Part shown: positions 40,252 through 52,165 of the stretch, one piece after another
Numbering within the stretch: position 1 is the first letter of the stretch
How the letters are laid out: every line of letters begins with the position of its first letter
Assembly (NCBI GenBank): GCA_965219415.1
Contig: CBDCNP010000002.1
Span: 5,184,001-5,248,000 of the forward strand
From: Candidatus Marinacidobacterales bacterium
GTDB taxonomy: Bacteria; Acidobacteriota; Vicinamibacteria; Marinacidobacterales; DATDRI01
DNA: 64,000 bases
Reading direction: 5' to 3'
The notes under the pieces: model-generated
The model's input: only the letters and a program-made list of their open reading frames with translations
Databases searched by the model: none
What the model was told of the DNA's origin: nothing
Made by a program: the position numbers and the translations under genes

Positions 40252-42324
40252 ATGAGCTGCCGTCTCAGCATTTTGCTCAGCGCTTCGCTGGCTAGTGGTT
40301 GCGCATCGCTCGACTACACCGAGCTCCGCCCCGACCAGAAATTCGCTCGCCTGATGATGCTGGAAGACGAACGCTCCCTAGGCGCGGGGGAGATCGTCAC
40401 CCGACTGAGCGACCCTAGCCCTCGGATTAGGCTTCGCGCCGTTCTCGCCCTCGGCCGGATCGGTTCGCCAGCCGGAGAACCGCATTTGGTCGCCAAGCTA
40501 TCGGACTCCGATTCCGATCTGCGAGCGGTCGCGGCTTTTTCGTTGGGGCTTCTCGACGGAGCTCTCTCCGACGAGGCCTCGGCAGCGCTTGAGAAGGCCT
40601 TGTCCGACGAAGACGCCGAGGTCCGAGGCCGCGCGGCAGAGGCCCTCGGTCGAAAAGGACCCGATCCCGTGGCCGTTCAGATCGGTGCCGGACTTAGAGA
40701 CCGACTCCCACGCGGAACCCCCCTCCATTGGGGAGAGGACATCGAGCGGTCCCATCCGAAGATGCCTCATCCGGACCTCCGACTCGGCCTGTTTGCTCTC
40801 GCACAGAAGAACAATCTCCGATCGGCGTGGAGCATCTTGGCTACCGAGCAAAGTCAGCCTCGCTTCATCTGGTGGCCAGCGGCTTGGTCGAGCGCGTACT
40901 TCAGGGCCGAGGAGCTCGCACCGCTTCTACTTCATTATTCAGGCTCGAACGACCCCTACTTGCGAGCGCTGGGAGCACGAGGGCTGGCGAGACTTCCGCG
41001 CGAGCAATCGGATCGGGCCATCGTCCAGCTCCTTACCGACCCCGACGAAAAAGTCAGGATCGAGGCGGTCCGCGCGGCGGCGACGTTGGGTCTCAGCCAT
41101 ACCGTGCCTCGCCTAATCAAGCTCCTGTCGGAGGACACCACCTTCGTGAAAGTGGAGGCGATCCGGGCGTTGGCAACCTTGCCGGATCCGCGAGCCGCCG
41201 ATCCGCTCATCTACCAAATGTCGGACCCCAATCCGTGGCTCCGGGCGGCAGCGCTCCGGGCGGTCGCCTTTCAGGACCGTCCAAGCTTCTGGCTCCTTCT
41301 GTCAGGGATGGACCCCGATGGTGACTGGAGCGTGCGGGCCGATTTGGCTAGCCTACTCGGGCAAATCGGGGGAGACCGAGCTACGTCTCTGCTCAAACAG
41401 ATGGTTGACGATCGAGACTTCCGAGTGCGTCCGGCTGCCCTCGACGCCCTCGTCCTCGCCTCTCCTTCCGAGGCGGGTCCGATCCTCTTGGAACACCTCA
41501 AGAGCGAGGATCCCTTCGAGCGAGCCGCCGCTGCCAACGGCCTCGGCGAACTCCGTCCGGAAGGCGGCGTCGCTCGACTCCTCGCCGCCCTCGAAGCCTC
41601 GCTCCCGGAGGACGTATCCGATCCGGGTCTCGCCATCCTGACTGCTCTGGAACACTATGGGACCGATGCCCTCAAGCCGGGCGCGCAGTTGGCGGTCCAA
41701 GATCGCTCCTGGCTCGTTCGCAAACGCGCCGCCGAAGTTCTAAGACGCCTTGGCGATACGACCGCTCGCGCGGAGGCTCTGGAGACCGGCCGAAACCTCT
41801 ATGACTACCTAGACCTGCTCAGCCCGCCCTACACGCCTCACGCCTTCATCCGCACCGAAAAGGGGATCATCGAGGTCGAGCTTTTCATCATCGACGCACC
41901 GGTCACCGTTGCCAACTTCATGAAGCTGGCCCGTGAGGGCTTCTACAACGGCCTGAGCATCGACCGAGTTGTCCCGAACTTCCTCATCGAGGGGGGCGAC
42001 CCAAGAGGCGATGGACACGGCGGCCCGGGTTATACCGTGCGTTCCGAAGTCAACCGCCGGCCTTTCCTGAGAGGAACGTTGGGAATGGCACTCCCGGGTG
42101 GCAAGGACACCGCGGGTAGCCAGTTCTTCATCACCCACCTCCCGCAACCTCAACTCGCGGGGACCTACACCGCCTTTGGGCAGGTCATCAAAGGGATGGA
42201 CCTGGTGGACCGATTGGTGCGGGGCGACGTCATTCAGAAGGTGGTGATCTGGGACGGCGTCACGGCCCCTTCTGGCCCGACGACCAGCGCCGGCCGGCTC
42301 CCATCAATCAATTCTGTCTTCTAG
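40252..42324 (+). CDS. HEAT-repeat lipoprotein with C-terminal cyclophilin PPIase
   Basis: Lipobox-like LASGC; HEAT repeats; APVTVANF, GGDPRGDG.GGPGY, GSQFFI; ATG 40252 follows TATAAT. Confidence 0.85.
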   Translation: MSCRLSILLSASLASGCASLDYTELRPDQKFARLMMLEDERSLGAGEIVTRLSDPSPRIRLRAVLALGRIGSPAGEPHLVAKLSDSDSDLRAVAAFSLGLLDGALSDEASAALEKALSDEDAEVRGRAAEALGRKGPDPVAVQIGAGLRDRLPRGTPLHWGEDIERSHPKMPHPDLRLGLFALAQKNNLRSAWSILATEQSQPRFIWWPAAWSSAYFRAEELAPLLLHYSGSNDPYLRALGARGLARLPREQSDRAIVQLLTDPDEKVRIEAVRAAATLGLSHTVPRLIKLLSEDTTFVKVEAIRALATLPDPRAADPLIYQMSDPNPWLRAAALRAVAFQDRPSFWLLLSGMDPDGDWSVRADLASLLGQIGGDRATSLLKQMVDDRDFRVRPAALDALVLASPSEAGPILLEHLKSEDPFERAAAANGLGELRPEGGVARLLAALEASLPEDVSDPGLAILTALEHYGTDALKPGAQLAVQDRSWLVRKRAAEVLRRLGDTTARAEALETGRNLYDYLDLLSPPYTPHAFIRTEKGIIEVELFIIDAPVTVANFMKLAREGFYNGLSIDRVVPNFLIEGGDPRGDGHGGPGYTVRSEVNRRPFLRGTLGMALPGGKDTAGSQFFITHLPQPQLAGTYTAFGQVIKGMDLVDRLVRGDVIQKVVIWDGVTAPSGPTTSAGRLPSINSVF

Positions 42325-42332
42325 TCTCGTTC

Positions 42333-43175
42333 ATGTCCCGTTTCCGCCTGTTGGCGATTGATCTGGACGGCACTCTCCTCGACTCGCAACGAACCGTGCC
42401 AGAGGCCAATCGGCGTGCACTGGAACGAGCGCAGCGACAGGGAGTGAAGCTCGCGGTGGTCACGGGGCGTCGACTTCCCGCGACGCGGCCGTCTCTGGGT
42501 GGGCTGAGCCTCGAGATGACGATGGTCCTCAACGGAGGCGCTTTGATCAGCCAAAGTCTCGACGGGCCGATTTTGAAACGGAACCTGATGCCTCTGGCGC
42601 TAGGCAGGGAGGTTCTTGGGCTAGCACGTCGGGTCGGAGTCGCTCCCGTCGTGCACGATGGCCCTAACGGGGAAGGCCGCCTACTGATTCAGTCAGGGGC
42701 TCCCGTGAGTCGCTCGCTCGAACTCTACCTCGACAAGACGACGACGCCTCCTCCCGAATGGGTTCCGGACATCGCCGCGGTCCTCTCACGCGATCCTGTC
42801 CAAATCATGTTTGCCGGCACGGTCTCGGAGATTCGCGCCGCGGCCACCGTGCTCCAGGACGCATTCGGCGCCAGAATTAGTGTCGCTCGAACGGAGTACG
42901 AGGTTTCCGATTTTGCTCTGCTGGATGTTCTCGCACCGGGTGCCGGTAAAGCCGCGGCCCTCCGTTTCCTAGCGGCAGCGGAGGGCGTATCGTCCGACCA
43001 GATCATGGCGATCGGAGACAACTGGAACGATCTGGGAATGCTGGAGGCAGCGGGATTCGCGGTGGTGATGGCCAACGCAGCACCCGAGCTCCGTGCGCGC
43101 GGTTTCGCGGTTACCGGGAGCAACGACGAGGAGGGTGTAGCCCAGGCGATCGATCGATACGTTCTTGGTACTTAG
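42333..43175 (+). CDS. Cof-type HAD hydrolase
   Basis: DLDGTLL, TGR, GDNWND. Confidence 0.93.
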   Translation: MSRFRLLAIDLDGTLLDSQRTVPEANRRALERAQRQGVKLAVVTGRRLPATRPSLGGLSLEMTMVLNGGALISQSLDGPILKRNLMPLALGREVLGLARRVGVAPVVHDGPNGEGRLLIQSGAPVSRSLELYLDKTTTPPPEWVPDIAAVLSRDPVQIMFAGTVSEIRAAATVLQDAFGARISVARTEYEVSDFALLDVLAPGAGKAAALRFLAAAEGVSSDQIMAIGDNWNDLGMLEAAGFAVVMANAAPELRARGFAVTGSNDEEGVAQAIDRYVLGT

Positions 43176-43188
43176 CCAGTAACAATGC

Positions 43189-43218
43189 AAAAAAAAGGGG
43201 GGTGAGTTCATCACCCCC
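43189..43218 (-). terminator. Rho-independent terminator
   Basis: Minus strand GGGGGTGA-TGAAC-TCACCCCC followed by C and T8. Confidence 0.8.
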
Positions 43219-43244
43219 GCTCTCGGTACCCCTGAGAGAGTCAG

Positions 43245-43301
43245 TTACTTCTTTTTCTTGCTCGCCTTTTTCTTGGCAGCTTTCTTTCGACGTTTCGCCA
43301 T
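43245..43301 (-). CDS. 18-aa Lys-rich peptide MAKRRKKAAKKKASKKKK
   Basis: SD GAGGAGG-7 nt-ATG; terminator directly downstream; promoter upstream. Confidence 0.72.
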   Translation of the reverse strand: MAKRRKKAAKKKASKKKK

Positions 43302-43529
43302 AGTTTTCGCCTCCTCTCTATTTAGGGGTTAGGCATTGGTCGCGACGTGCGGCGCGAGCTGAAAAGTGAGCTTTCTTTCCGAAAACTATCATCATTTCAA
43401 CTTTTGCCATACGTCTCATGCCTGTCAGCTCCAGAACTCAAACTAACTGCACTTCGACCCTCCCCAAAGCCCCCCATTGGACCTCAAGGAAATCCGAACA
43501 ACTAGCAGTTGATTGAGCCTGAGCTTGAC

Positions 43530-43569
43530 ATACTAGATGTAGGATAAGGGGGCTCTCGGAACCTGTCAA
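43530..43569 (-). promoter_or_regulatory. sigma70-type promoter overlapped by an NrdR-box-like site
   Basis: TTGACA(43569-43564)-N17-TATCCT; ATACTAGATGTAGGAT (43530-43545) fits the CwAnATnTwG core. Confidence 0.6.
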
Positions 43570-43716
43570 GCATTTTTTGCACCTCGAGAGAATTGCGTCT
43601 TTGGATTGAGAGTCTTAGCCGAGTGGCGTTTTACGAAACGAGAAAAAAGCAGTAAAATAGAGGGTTGGGCTAGCCGGATCATTTTGTGGGGATAAAAAAG
43701 AGAAAATCGATGCTGG

Positions 43717-46083
<2,367 letters not shown>

Positions 46084-46115
46084 TGCGATCGTGAAGCTTG
46101 AACTATGATTAAAAG

Positions 46116-46439
46116 ATGTTGCCTATACTGATGGCCGCTGCGGGCGGCGACGGGCCCAGATTCACCGATCAGCTCATGCTGATCCTCATCATCTTCAGCA
46201 TCTTCTACTTCATCGTCTTCCGGCCGATGCGCAAGGGACAGAGGGAGGCCGAGGACATGCGATCGGGCTTGAAGAACGGCGATCGTATCGTGACCAGCGG
46301 CGGAGTCTACGGGACGGTCGTCGGTGTCTCTGAAAACGTCATTCAGCTTCGCATCGCCGACCAAGTAAAAATTCAGCTTGCTAAGTCTGCCGTGGCGCGT
46401 CGCGTCGAAGAATCGGCCGGCAAGGGATCCGGCGCGTAA
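46116..46439 (+). CDS. yajC: preprotein translocase subunit YajC
   Basis: FYFIVFRP, GDRIVTSGG. Confidence 0.95.
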   Translation: MLPILMAAAGGDGPRFTDQLMLILIIFSIFYFIVFRPMRKGQREAEDMRSGLKNGDRIVTSGGVYGTVVGVSENVIQLRIADQVKIQLAKSAVARRVEESAGKGSGA

Positions 46440-46465
46440 CCGGATCCACGGAGAGTTAGCATCCC

Positions 46466-47992
46466 ATGAGAAAAAACATGAAGTGGAAGGCGGCCCTCAT
46501 CGCCCTGGTGGTGGTGGTCTTCGGTTTATCGATGACCCCGCCCGAGGAGAAGATCAAGCTCGGCCTCGATCTTCGAGGGGGTATCCATCTCATCATGAAG
46601 GTCAACACGATAGACGCATTGGTGGCGGTGACCAATGAGACGGTGGACGCGCTCGGCTCCTTGCTCGACGAGGACAGCATCTTCTTCGACAACGTCGAGT
46701 CCGACGATCCGGGCAGCGTTCGAGTGGTCGGCCTCGACGTCAACAAGGATCAAGAGTTTCGGGCCTTGGTCGAAACCAATCTACCGAGCTGGGATCCGAC
46801 GCGACCCGAGCCGGGGGTGTGGGAACTCCGCATGCGGCCCGCCGATCTCAATCGGAATCGAGAGGAAACGGTCACCCAAGCGATCGAGACCATCCGGCGA
46901 AGAGTCGATGGGCTTGGGGTGGCGGAGCCGGTCATTGCACCGCACGGAGATCGAGGGGACCAGATTTTGGTTCAACTGCCGGGCTACGACGACGTAGCCA
47001 ACGCCAAGACGGTCATACGGGAGACGGCAAAGCTAGACCTCAAGCTCGTTCGGTCGCTAGCGACCGAGGACCAAGTAGCGCTCCCGGGTATGGAGGTACT
47101 TCCCGGCAGAGTCGAGCCCGATGGCACTGGTGTCTGGTACATGGTGGAAAAGGTGCCCATCATTACCGGGCGCGACCTGAAGAACGCTCGGCAGTCCATT
47201 GACTTCGAGACCAACACGCCGAACGTCTCCTTCACCCTGAAACCGGAGGGAGCCAACAAGTTTCGTCGTGCAACACAAGAAAACGTCGGTCGACAGCTGG
47301 CGATCATCCTCGACGACAAAGTATTCTCGGCGCCGGTCATTCAATCGGCGATCTGGGATCAGGGGCAGATCACCGGCCAGTTCACGCTGGAAGAGGCTCA
47401 GAATCTGGCGCTTACTTTGAGGTCGGGCGCCCTGCCCGCTTCCCTGGAGTATCAAGAAGAGCGCACCGTCGGACCCAGTCTGGGCGCCGATTCCATTCGC
47501 AGCGGCGTCTTGGCTTCGGCGATCGGACTAGCGGGCGTCATCCTGTTCATCCCCTTTTACTATCGGCTCTCCGGCATCAACGCAGTCGTGGCACTGTTGC
47601 TGAACCTCCTCATGCTGCTCGGGGCCATGGCTTACTTCGCAGCCACGCTGACGCTGCCCGGTGTCGCGGGGGTCATTTTGACCATTGGCATCGGCGTCGA
47701 CTCCAATGTGCTCATCTTCGAGCGCATCAAAGAAGAGATGCGGGGTGGAAAGACGCCTCGGACGGCGATTTCCGCCGGGTTCAGTAAAGTTTTCTGGACG
47801 ATCTTCGACACCCATCTCACTAGCCTGGTGGCGGCTGCCATCCTCTTCCAGTTCGGGACTGGTCCGGTGCAAGGCTTTGCGGTTACGCTCAGCATCGGTT
47901 TGATGGCCAACGTTTTCACCGCTATCTTCGTCTCACGCTTCATTTTCGACCTCGTCTTAGGACGCCGACAGGTCGAAGCGCTGTCCATTTAG
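46466..47992 (+). CDS. secD: protein translocase subunit SecD
   Basis: LGLDLRGG, LRSGALP, VGPSLG, VDSNVLIFERIKEE. Confidence 0.97.
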   Translation: MRKNMKWKAALIALVVVVFGLSMTPPEEKIKLGLDLRGGIHLIMKVNTIDALVAVTNETVDALGSLLDEDSIFFDNVESDDPGSVRVVGLDVNKDQEFRALVETNLPSWDPTRPEPGVWELRMRPADLNRNREETVTQAIETIRRRVDGLGVAEPVIAPHGDRGDQILVQLPGYDDVANAKTVIRETAKLDLKLVRSLATEDQVALPGMEVLPGRVEPDGTGVWYMVEKVPIITGRDLKNARQSIDFETNTPNVSFTLKPEGANKFRRATQENVGRQLAIILDDKVFSAPVIQSAIWDQGQITGQFTLEEAQNLALTLRSGALPASLEYQEERTVGPSLGADSIRSGVLASAIGLAGVILFIPFYYRLSGINAVVALLLNLLMLLGAMAYFAATLTLPGVAGVILTIGIGVDSNVLIFERIKEEMRGGKTPRTAISAGFSKVFWTIFDTHLTSLVAAAILFQFGTGPVQGFAVTLSIGLMANVFTAIFVSRFIFDLVLGRRQVEALSI

Positions 47993-48004
47993 GCAGGAAG
48001 TTTC

Positions 48005-48958
48005 ATGGATATTCTCCGCGACACCGACATCAATTGGTTGAAGTACCGTTGGTACTTCATCTTCTTCTCGTTCCTCGTCTTTCTGGCGGGAGCGTTCAAC
48101 ATCTATCGCGCCGGCGGCCTGCGCTTCGGCATCGACTTCTCGGAAGGCACCATCGTCTACGCGAAGTTCGAGAATACACCGCAAGTCGACTCCATCCGGA
48201 AGGCGCTCGGCGGTTCCGGGTTGGGCGAAGCCGTCATCCAGCGCTACGACAACCCCAACCTGAATCAGGTCATGATTCGGATGGAGCGTGACGCCCAGCA
48301 AACCGGTGAGCTCGATACGACAGCAAATCAGATCCTGACTACCCTCAAAGAGCAGTACCCGGAGAACACCCTCATCGACTCCAGCACCGAGATCGTAGGG
48401 CCGGTGGTGGGGCAAGAGCTTCGCCGCAAGGCTCGCAACGCAACCATCCTCGCGCTGATAGCCATGCTGGTTTACATCGGATTTCGTTTCGAGTTCATCT
48501 ATGGGGTCGGGGCAACCATCGCCGTGATGCATGATGTGCTACTCACCGTGGGGCTGGTCTCGATCTTCGGGTACGAAATAAGCTTGAACGTGATCGCGGC
48601 GTTCCTGACGTTGGTGGGTTATTCGGTTAACGACACGATCGTCATCTTCGACCGGGTGCGGGAGAATCGGCGGCTTCTGCGCCGCAGGTCGCTCGACGAA
48701 ATCATCAATCTCTCCATTAACCAAACCCTCCGAAGAACCGTGCTCACTTCGGGGATTACGTTCATCACCGTGGCCAGCCTGTACGTGCTCGGCGGCGAAG
48801 TCTTGCGTTCGTTCTCTTTCGTGCTGGTCGCGGGCATCATCGTGGGAACCTATTCCTCGATAGCCGTTGCTTCGCCGATCGTGAGCTGGTGGCGGAAGTT
48901 CCGGGAGAAGCGTTCTCCCCATAGAGCGAAGGCGTCGGCCGGGGCCGCCCGCGCCTAG
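48005..48958 (+). CDS. secF: protein translocase subunit SecF
   Basis: GIDFSEG, GYSVNDTIVIFDRVREN, GTYSSI. Confidence 0.97.
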   Translation: MDILRDTDINWLKYRWYFIFFSFLVFLAGAFNIYRAGGLRFGIDFSEGTIVYAKFENTPQVDSIRKALGGSGLGEAVIQRYDNPNLNQVMIRMERDAQQTGELDTTANQILTTLKEQYPENTLIDSSTEIVGPVVGQELRRKARNATILALIAMLVYIGFRFEFIYGVGATIAVMHDVLLTVGLVSIFGYEISLNVIAAFLTLVGYSVNDTIVIFDRVRENRRLLRRRSLDEIINLSINQTLRRTVLTSGITFITVASLYVLGGEVLRSFSFVLVAGIIVGTYSSIAVASPIVSWWRKFREKRSPHRAKASAGAARA

Positions 48959-49225
48959 CTGGGCGAGTTATCCCCCAACCCTTTGGGGGCTTCGTTGGCT
49001 TTACCGGGCTTGACGGCCCGGGGAAGGGGCCCGGTACGCCGCTCACAACCCCGCCCCCCTGAGGAATGGACGTTTGGCCTTCGCTTTGAAAACACCATGA
49101 GTGACTTTCAACCAGTTCTAGCCGCCCGTCCTAATTTCAATTTGCAATAGTTCGATTGCCTTTTTAGAAATCCTTGCATACAATCCCCTGGCCGCGAAGC
49201 ATGGCATCGGATGAAGCCAAAACGC

Positions 49226-49254
49226 TTGACAGCGCCACCGGTCGAAGCTAGCAT
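49226..49254 (+). promoter_or_regulatory. sigma70-type promoter of the tonB operon
   Basis: TTGACA-N17-TAGCAT. Confidence 0.65.
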
Positions 49255-49259
49255 TAGCG

Positions 49260-49625
49260 GCTCACAGGGCTAGGGTGGTCCCCAAACCACGCCCACAATT
49301 TGACGTGAGGCTTTAATCGTTGTAAGCATAGGCAGTCCGGGGGCCTTTCCCGGCACGGTCCCATCCGACCGAGGCATTGAGAGATGATCGATCCTGTTTC
49401 GCCCGTCTTGCCCGTAAGTGGAGCACGGGTTGTCCGGTCGATGCCATCCATCGTACCCTCCGAAGCATCGGGAACCCTTTTCCCCCATTCGGTGTCTAAT
49501 GGGGTGCCCTCGCTTTACCAAGTCCTTGGCCTGGGGCGAAGCCAGGCAAGGCCTGGATTTCTGAGGGGAGGTCGGAATTGATCATCACCGGCCCCTCGAG
49601 ATTCGAGAAAGGAGCATAGAAGCCC
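49260..49625 (+). ncRNA. putative structured 5' leader RNA
   Basis: Series of hairpins between the promoter and the tonB start; no credible ORF. Confidence 0.4.
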
Positions 49626-50348
49626 GTGCCCGAAGAAATGATGAAGTTTCTGGTGGACTCCTCTCAGGAGAGGAGATCGATGGGGAGGTCGACGGCGAGC
49701 TTTATGACCTCCTTCTTTATTCAAACCGTCATTCTCTCCGCCCTTATCCTCATTCCGCTGCTGGCAACCGACGCGCTGCCCACACCGCAAGGAATCATGA
49801 CCTTCATGGCCGCAGCGCCACCACCCCCGCCGCCACCACCCCCGCCACCGCCGGCGGTAAAGAAGCGGCGTCGGCCGACCGCGCCCAAACCGGTACTCAG
49901 CGCCACCCCCAAATTCGTGGCTCCGGTCGAGATCCCAGATGATATCGGATTAGGGGACGACTTCGGCGTGCCGGGTGGCGTGGAAGGTGGCGTCCCGGGC
50001 GGAGTGCTCGGCGGCATCGTGGGCGGTCTTCCCGATGCTCCGGCCATCGACACCTCGCAGCCGGTGCGAGTGGGCGGCGACATCAAGCCGCCCAAGAAGG
50101 TCAAAGATGCGAACCCGGTCTACCCAGACATCGCAAGGCAGGCCCGTGTTCAAGGAATCGTCATCTTGGAAGCGATTATCGATCCATCAGGCAACGTCAC
50201 GAACGTGCGCGTTCTGCGGTCCATCCCCCTGCTGGATCAGTCGGCCATCCAAGCGGTGAAGCAATGGAAGTACGAGCCGACGAGGCTGAATGGCGTGCCA
50301 GTCCCCATCGTCATGACGGTGACCGTTAATTTCGCTCTGCAGAGTTAA
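49626..50348 (+). CDS. tonB: energy transducer TonB
   Basis: One TM, poly-Pro, YPDIARQARVQG.V, QWKYEP. Confidence 0.93.
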   Translation: MPEEMMKFLVDSSQERRSMGRSTASFMTSFFIQTVILSALILIPLLATDALPTPQGIMTFMAAAPPPPPPPPPPPPAVKKRRRPTAPKPVLSATPKFVAPVEIPDDIGLGDDFGVPGGVEGGVPGGVLGGIVGGLPDAPAIDTSQPVRVGGDIKPPKKVKDANPVYPDIARQARVQGIVILEAIIDPSGNVTNVRVLRSIPLLDQSAIQAVKQWKYEPTRLNGVPVPIVMTVTVNFALQS

Positions 50349-50394
50349 AACGAGCTGATTTCGTAATTCAAAGTCCCCAACCGAGGAGGAGAAC

Positions 50395-51072
50395 ATGCAG
50401 TTTGGAGTGATTGAGATGATTCAAGCGATGGGTCCGGCGGCAATCGCCACCAACGTCATCTTGCTGATCATGTCCATGTACTCGATCGGCCTCATGATCG
50501 AGCGGGCGTGGGCGTTTCATCAGGCTAAGACTCAGTCCCGCGTCTACGCGCCTCAGGTCGCCAAGTTCCTGAAGGACGGCAAGATCACCGACGCCATCAA
50601 GCTCAGCGGTAAGAAGGACCACCGTTATAGCCACCTGGCCAAAGTTCTCTTGGCCGGGCTGCAGGAATACCAGTTCCAGCAGGAAAGTGGTGGAACGAGC
50701 CGCGAGGACATGATGGAAGCTGCGCACCGGGCCATCGAGCGGGCCACCGCCGTGAACCTCGCCGATCTCAAGCGGGGACTATCCGGACTGGCCACCATCG
50801 GCGCGACCGCCCCTTTCGTGGGACTGTTCGGTACCGTGGTCGGCATCATCAACGCCTTTCAGGGGATTGCCATGGCCGGATCCGGTGGTATCGGCGCCGT
50901 CTCGGCCGGTATCTCCGAGGCTCTGGTCGCGACCGCTTTCGGTCTCTTCGTGGCCGTGCCCGCGGTGTGGTCCTTCAACTATTTCGTCACCCGGATCGAG
51001 GGCTTCACGGTCGAGATGGACAACAGCTCGTCCGAGCTCATCGACTACATGGCCAAGAGAGCCACGGGCTAA
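50395..51072 (+). CDS. exbB: MotA/TolQ/ExbB proton channel protein
   Basis: LATIGATAPFVGLFGTV, GISEALVATAFGL. Confidence 0.93.
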   Translation: MQFGVIEMIQAMGPAAIATNVILLIMSMYSIGLMIERAWAFHQAKTQSRVYAPQVAKFLKDGKITDAIKLSGKKDHRYSHLAKVLLAGLQEYQFQQESGGTSREDMMEAAHRAIERATAVNLADLKRGLSGLATIGATAPFVGLFGTVVGIINAFQGIAMAGSGGIGAVSAGISEALVATAFGLFVAVPAVWSFNYFVTRIEGFTVEMDNSSSELIDYMAKRATG

Positions 51073-51104
51073 GCCCCCTTTTCTCAGAGGAGGATATATA
51101 ACCC

Positions 51105-51530
51105 ATGGGTATGAGTGGCGGAGGCAAAGGAACGCTCAACAGCAATATCAACGTCACGCCGCTGGTTGACGTAATGCTGGTATTGCTCATCATCTTCATG
51201 GTGATAACCCCAATGCTGCAGAAGGGCGTCGACGTCAAGCTCCCTATCGCGGAGTATCCGACCGACCATCCCGACGACGAAAGCGTGGTTACCCTGGCGG
51301 TCACGCGGGATCGAACCCTGCATCTCGATATGATCCCAGTGCCCAGGGCCGAGCTCGTGACCAAGATTCGAGAGAAGTTCGGCGCCCGTGCCGAGAAAGT
51401 GCTGTTCTTGAAGGCCGACGAATCTCTTGAGTACGGCACCGTCTTGGAGGTCATGGACATCGTTCGCGACGGCGGCGTCGAGGAGATCGCGCTCATCACC
51501 GACGTGAAGGCTGGCGCAGGCGGCCGCTAA
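51105..51530 (+). CDS. exbD: ExbD/TolR family protein
   Basis: INVTPLVDVMLVLLIIFMV. Confidence 0.93.
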   Translation: MGMSGGGKGTLNSNINVTPLVDVMLVLLIIFMVITPMLQKGVDVKLPIAEYPTDHPDDESVVTLAVTRDRTLHLDMIPVPRAELVTKIREKFGARAEKVLFLKADESLEYGTVLEVMDIVRDGGVEEIALITDVKAGAGGR

Positions 51531-51569
51531 GGTCGCCTCGCTTTTTTTACACAAAGGGAGAAACGTCTT

Positions 51570-51983
51570 ATGGCGATGGCATCAGGCGGGGCCGACGGCC
51601 CCAGTTCAGACATCAATGTCACTCCCCTCATCGACGTGATGCTCGTGCTACTCATCATTTTTATGGTGGTTACGCCGCTCACACAGAAGGGGCTGGACGT
51701 GGAGTTACCGGAGTCTGAAGACAACGTCGTTCAAGAGCAACAGGAGCCAAACCCCGATCAACTGGTTCTCGACATCGACGCGGATCTGCAGCTTACCATC
51801 AACCGGCAACCGCTCACTCGAGAAGAGCTTCCCTTCAGGATAAGGGACATCTTCGAGACCCGTAGCGACAAGACCATTTTCCTTCGCGCCGCGCCTACCA
51901 TCACCTATGGCCAGGTGGTGGACGTTTTGGACGTCGCCAGGGGCAATGGCGTCGAACGGGTTGGAATCGTACCGCCTCAGTAA
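51570..51983 (+). CDS. exbD: ExbD/TolR family protein, second paralog
   Basis: INVTPLIDVMLVLLIIFMV. Confidence 0.93.
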   Translation: MAMASGGADGPSSDINVTPLIDVMLVLLIIFMVVTPLTQKGLDVELPESEDNVVQEQQEPNPDQLVLDIDADLQLTINRQPLTREELPFRIRDIFETRSDKTIFLRAAPTITYGQVVDVLDVARGNGVERVGIVPPQ

Positions 51984-52046
51984 CTCTGGAGTTTCAGTCT
52001 CGCCGGCGGTCTGTGCTTCCGGCTCCGACCAGACGTCGCGGCGGTG

Positions 52047-52125
52047 AGCAGGGCTAGCCGGAAGAGAAACTTCTTCTGGGACCTACCCAGCTAGTTCTAG
52101 TGCCGTTCTTCCAGCCAACCCTGCT
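52047..52125. repeat. 79-bp element with 19-bp terminal inverted repeats
   Basis: AGCAGGGCTAGCCGGAAGA vs rc AGCAGGGTTGGCTGGAAGA, 16/19 identical. Confidence 0.6.
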
Positions 52126-52165
52126 TAATCAGACGTCGTGGGCGAATATCAAAGTTGGACCGGTA

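Noticed and set aside
49818-49853. C-rich repeat tract
   Set aside because: Encodes the normal poly-Pro linker of TonB
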